The notes beneath the pieces are model-generated. The model searched no databases and was not told the DNA's origin. It worked only from the letters and a program-made list of their open reading frames with translations. A program made the position numbers and the translations under genes. Shown piece by piece: positions 48,938-51,462 of a DNA stretch of 51,462 nucleotides. Origin of the DNA: an uncultured Dehalococcoidia bacterium. Lineage in GTDB: Bacteria; Chloroflexota; Dehalococcoidia; Lucifugimonadales; UBA3495. Position 1 is the stretch's first letter. Every line of letters begins with the position of its first letter. Location of the stretch: contig CATMOE010000022.1 in NCBI GenBank assembly GCA_950072105.1, positions 1 through 51,462 of the forward strand, written 5' to 3'.

Positions 48938-51139
48938 GTGACCCCAAAGTTGCTAAATATCTTGGCTTCGTTGAAGCCTTACCTGATCGTTTTCGTGGCC
49001 AGCGCCTGCGGGCTTATTCTCGAGATTGTGGCCGCCAGGATTCTGGCTCCCAGCATCGGAGTGTCCCTCTATACCTGGACTAGCATCATCGGGGTGGTGC
49101 TCGCCGGTATAAGTATCGGCAACTACGTGGGCGGCCGCGTGGCCGACCGGTTTCCTTCCCCCACAACCCTGGGCATCATCCTGCTGGCCGGGGGGCTCAC
49201 CTGCCTGAGCGTGCTGCCCTTGTTGGGCGTTGTCTCCGCCGTCTTCTAGGCGTTGCCTATATTGCCTCGCATCGTTTTCCTCACGGCTGCCCTTTTCTTC
49301 GTGCCTAGCGCGGTTTTGGGCATGGTGACTCCTCTGGTGGTCAAGCTGAACCTGCGTAACTTGGATCACACCGGCGATGTTGTCGGGAAGATCAATGCAA
49401 TTTCCACTGCTGGCGCCATCTTCGGCGTGTTCATAACGGGTTTCGTCCTGGTTCAATGGCTTGGCACAAGACAAACTATTTTGCTGGTAGCCCTGATTCT
49501 GGTCGGGATGTCGCTGGCCTTCGGCGGCCTTTGGCGGGTGAGGATGCCCACCATGCCGATGATCGTCCTGTTTGTCGGGATAGGCGGCTTCAGTTCAATC
49601 AGCGGTGACCTGAACAGCGGATGTTTAAAGGAGAGCAACTACTTCTGTATCCAGGTGACCGACGATATCGTAGACGGGCGGCATAAAGTAAAAGCGCTAC
49701 ACCTGGATAAGCTGCTCCACAGCTATGTGTCTCTGGAAGACCCCACCCTCTTGGCCTACAACTATGAGAAAGTTTTCTCGGAACTGATTACTCTCGTTGC
49801 GCAGCGAGATCCGGGATTTAGGACCTTGATCATCGGCGGCGGCGGATACACAGTTCCACGCTACCTGGAGACGTTGTACCCGGAGAGTACTGTGGTAGTC
49901 ATCGAGATCGATCCCGCGGTAACTCGCGTGGCGTTCGACCACTTGGGGCTGCCCCGTGACACCCGAATCGTGACCTACAACGAAGACGCGAGGATGACCG
50001 TCCCTAAGCTGAATTCCGGGCAATACGCGCTGGTCATTGGCGACGCCTTCAACGACCTGTCTGTGCCCTACCATCTCACTACTAGGGAGTTCAACGAGCA
50101 GATAGCGGGACTTCTGACGCCGGACGGTATCTACGCGGTCAATGTGGTAGACAAATTCCAGAGCGGCCGTTTCGCTCGAGCCTTCGTGCATACCCTTAAA
50201 GAGACCTTCCCAAATGTCTATGTCATTCGAGAAGACGATAACTGGCCGGATGATGGTCAGAAAACCCACGTGGTTGCCGCGTCGGTGCGTCCGCTATCAT
50301 ATGAGTCTCTTAGAAATGCCAATATTCAGGCTGGCCGAGGAGCGCTCATCAGCCATTTCATGCCGGATGAATCCATGGAACGTTGGCTGAACGCCCGAAA
50401 GAGGGTGCTGCTCACCGATGATCGAGCACCGGTGGACAACATGCTAGCGGCCCTACATCTCGAAGGAACCGGTCCCAGCAGGGCATCTACTCATTATAAC
50501 TACGGCGTAGAACTAGAAGCCCAAGGCCGCACTGAGGACGCCATAGCCGCTTACAGCGAGGCGATTCGACTGGACCCCGGGCTGTCGCAGGCCTACAACA
50601 ACCGGGGTTTATCCTACATTAAACTCGGTGAATACCTGCGGGCCAATCAGGAATCCGATCAAGCCATACGTATAGACCCCCGGCTTGCACAGGCCTACAA
50701 CAACCGAGGTTTTTCCTACTCGAATCTAGGACAGTACCAAAAAGCAATTCTGGACTACGACGAAGCCATTCGCCTAAACCCCCGGTTCGCTTTGGCGTAC
50801 AGTAACCGGGGCAGCGCCCACGACGAAATGAGCAAGCCACAAAAGGCTATTGATGACTTCGACCGAGCAATATTGTTCGATCCGAGGCTCGACGGCGCCT
50901 ACGTCAATCGGGGCTACGTGTATCTCAACACTGGCGATCTTGAGAAAGCGATCGATGATTTCGACAATGCCATTGGGCTCGACCCTAGACTCGTGTTGGC
51001 CTACGTAAATAGGGCGTTGGCTTACACTCTGCAGGGAAATGATGCCAAATCTCGTGATGACGCCGCGATAGCGATCGAGTTGGGGTTCGACGTCGTCGAA
51101 ATAGATGGCGCCATTGAGCGAGCTAGGAGCCGAAGATAG
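48938..51139 (+). pseudogene. Fused membrane/spermidine synthase-like protein with C-terminal TPRs, one in-frame TAG
   Basis: LEIVAARILAP..G.SLYTWTSIIG, IIGGGGY, VIEIDP, GDAF, LTDDRAPV, TPRs; TAG at 49247-49249 with the frame continuing. Confidence 0.85.
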
Positions 51140-51164
51140 TTATTGCCCGGTTCCTGGTCAAACG

Positions 51165-51300
51165 CGAAGTCGGAGTTTCTGGAATCGATCGCAAAGACTG
51201 CCTGTGCGCACTGCCGTACCCTTTCCCAATCGCAGCGGGGAATCGCCTCGTCTGCCTCGTTAACAAGGTGTTGTATTAGACGCTGAAATCGCTCACGGGC
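51165..51300 (-). pseudogene. Short gene remnant (ERFQRLIQHLVNEADEAI...WERVRQCAQAVFAIDS)
   Basis: Protein-like helical segment without a clear start; resembles an N-terminal module I recall from SAR202 proteins (not verified). Confidence 0.35.
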
Positions 51301-51392
51301 CGTCTTAGGGGAATATGGCCGGAGACAGGACCATATACGAACAAGGGCGGAACTTACAAATTACCCTATAGGAAGACCAAAAAACGTCCACC

Positions 51393-51447
51393 GCCCACGG
51401 TAGATCAGGCCGGTGAGTGGATCATTGTGGAATTTACTAACCGCGGC
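51393..51447 (+). repeat. 55-bp direct repeat, copy 3
   Basis: GCCCACGGTAGATCAGGCCGGTGAGTGGATCATTGTGGAA... Confidence 0.85.
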
Positions 51448-51462
51448 ATAAATGCTTGGTTC

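Noticed and set aside
46364..51447. CRISPR array or classical integron attC array
   Set aside because: Spacing is kilobases with whole genes between copies; no cas or intI genes; no RYYYAAC/GTTRRRY boxes

Overview
GC-rich bacterial chromosomal window. Gene content (many SDR, enoyl-CoA hydratase, amidohydrolase, luciferase-like, thiolase/DUF35 and hydantoinase genes; REP-like palindromes) suggests Chloroflexota/Dehalococcoidia, probably SAR202-like; this is inference. The left third is core: partial cysS (missed by the ORF track), a his operon (hisZ/hisS-like, hisG, a Zn-PLC-like gene, hisD, hisC, hisB) and birA. The middle and right are catabolic/accessory and contain several decaying genes. 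The main hidden signal is a minus-strand selenoprotein cluster at ~29.3-33.3 kb that the ORF track splits. It holds a UGSC-family selenoprotein (in-frame TGA plus SECIS-like hairpin), its likely partner gene, and a small MerT-like membrane protein whose metal-binding Cys-Cys pair appears to be replaced by two adjacent in-frame TGA codons (W-U-U), followed by a SECIS-like hairpin. Other features: a 55-bp direct repeat (3 copies) bracketing gene cassettes at 46-51 kb, three in-frame TAG interruptions, a doubly broken two-component system, a remnant paralog of a TolB-like gene's 3' end, and several enzymes with altered catalytic motifs. No rRNA, tRNA, CRISPR array or transposase was recognised.
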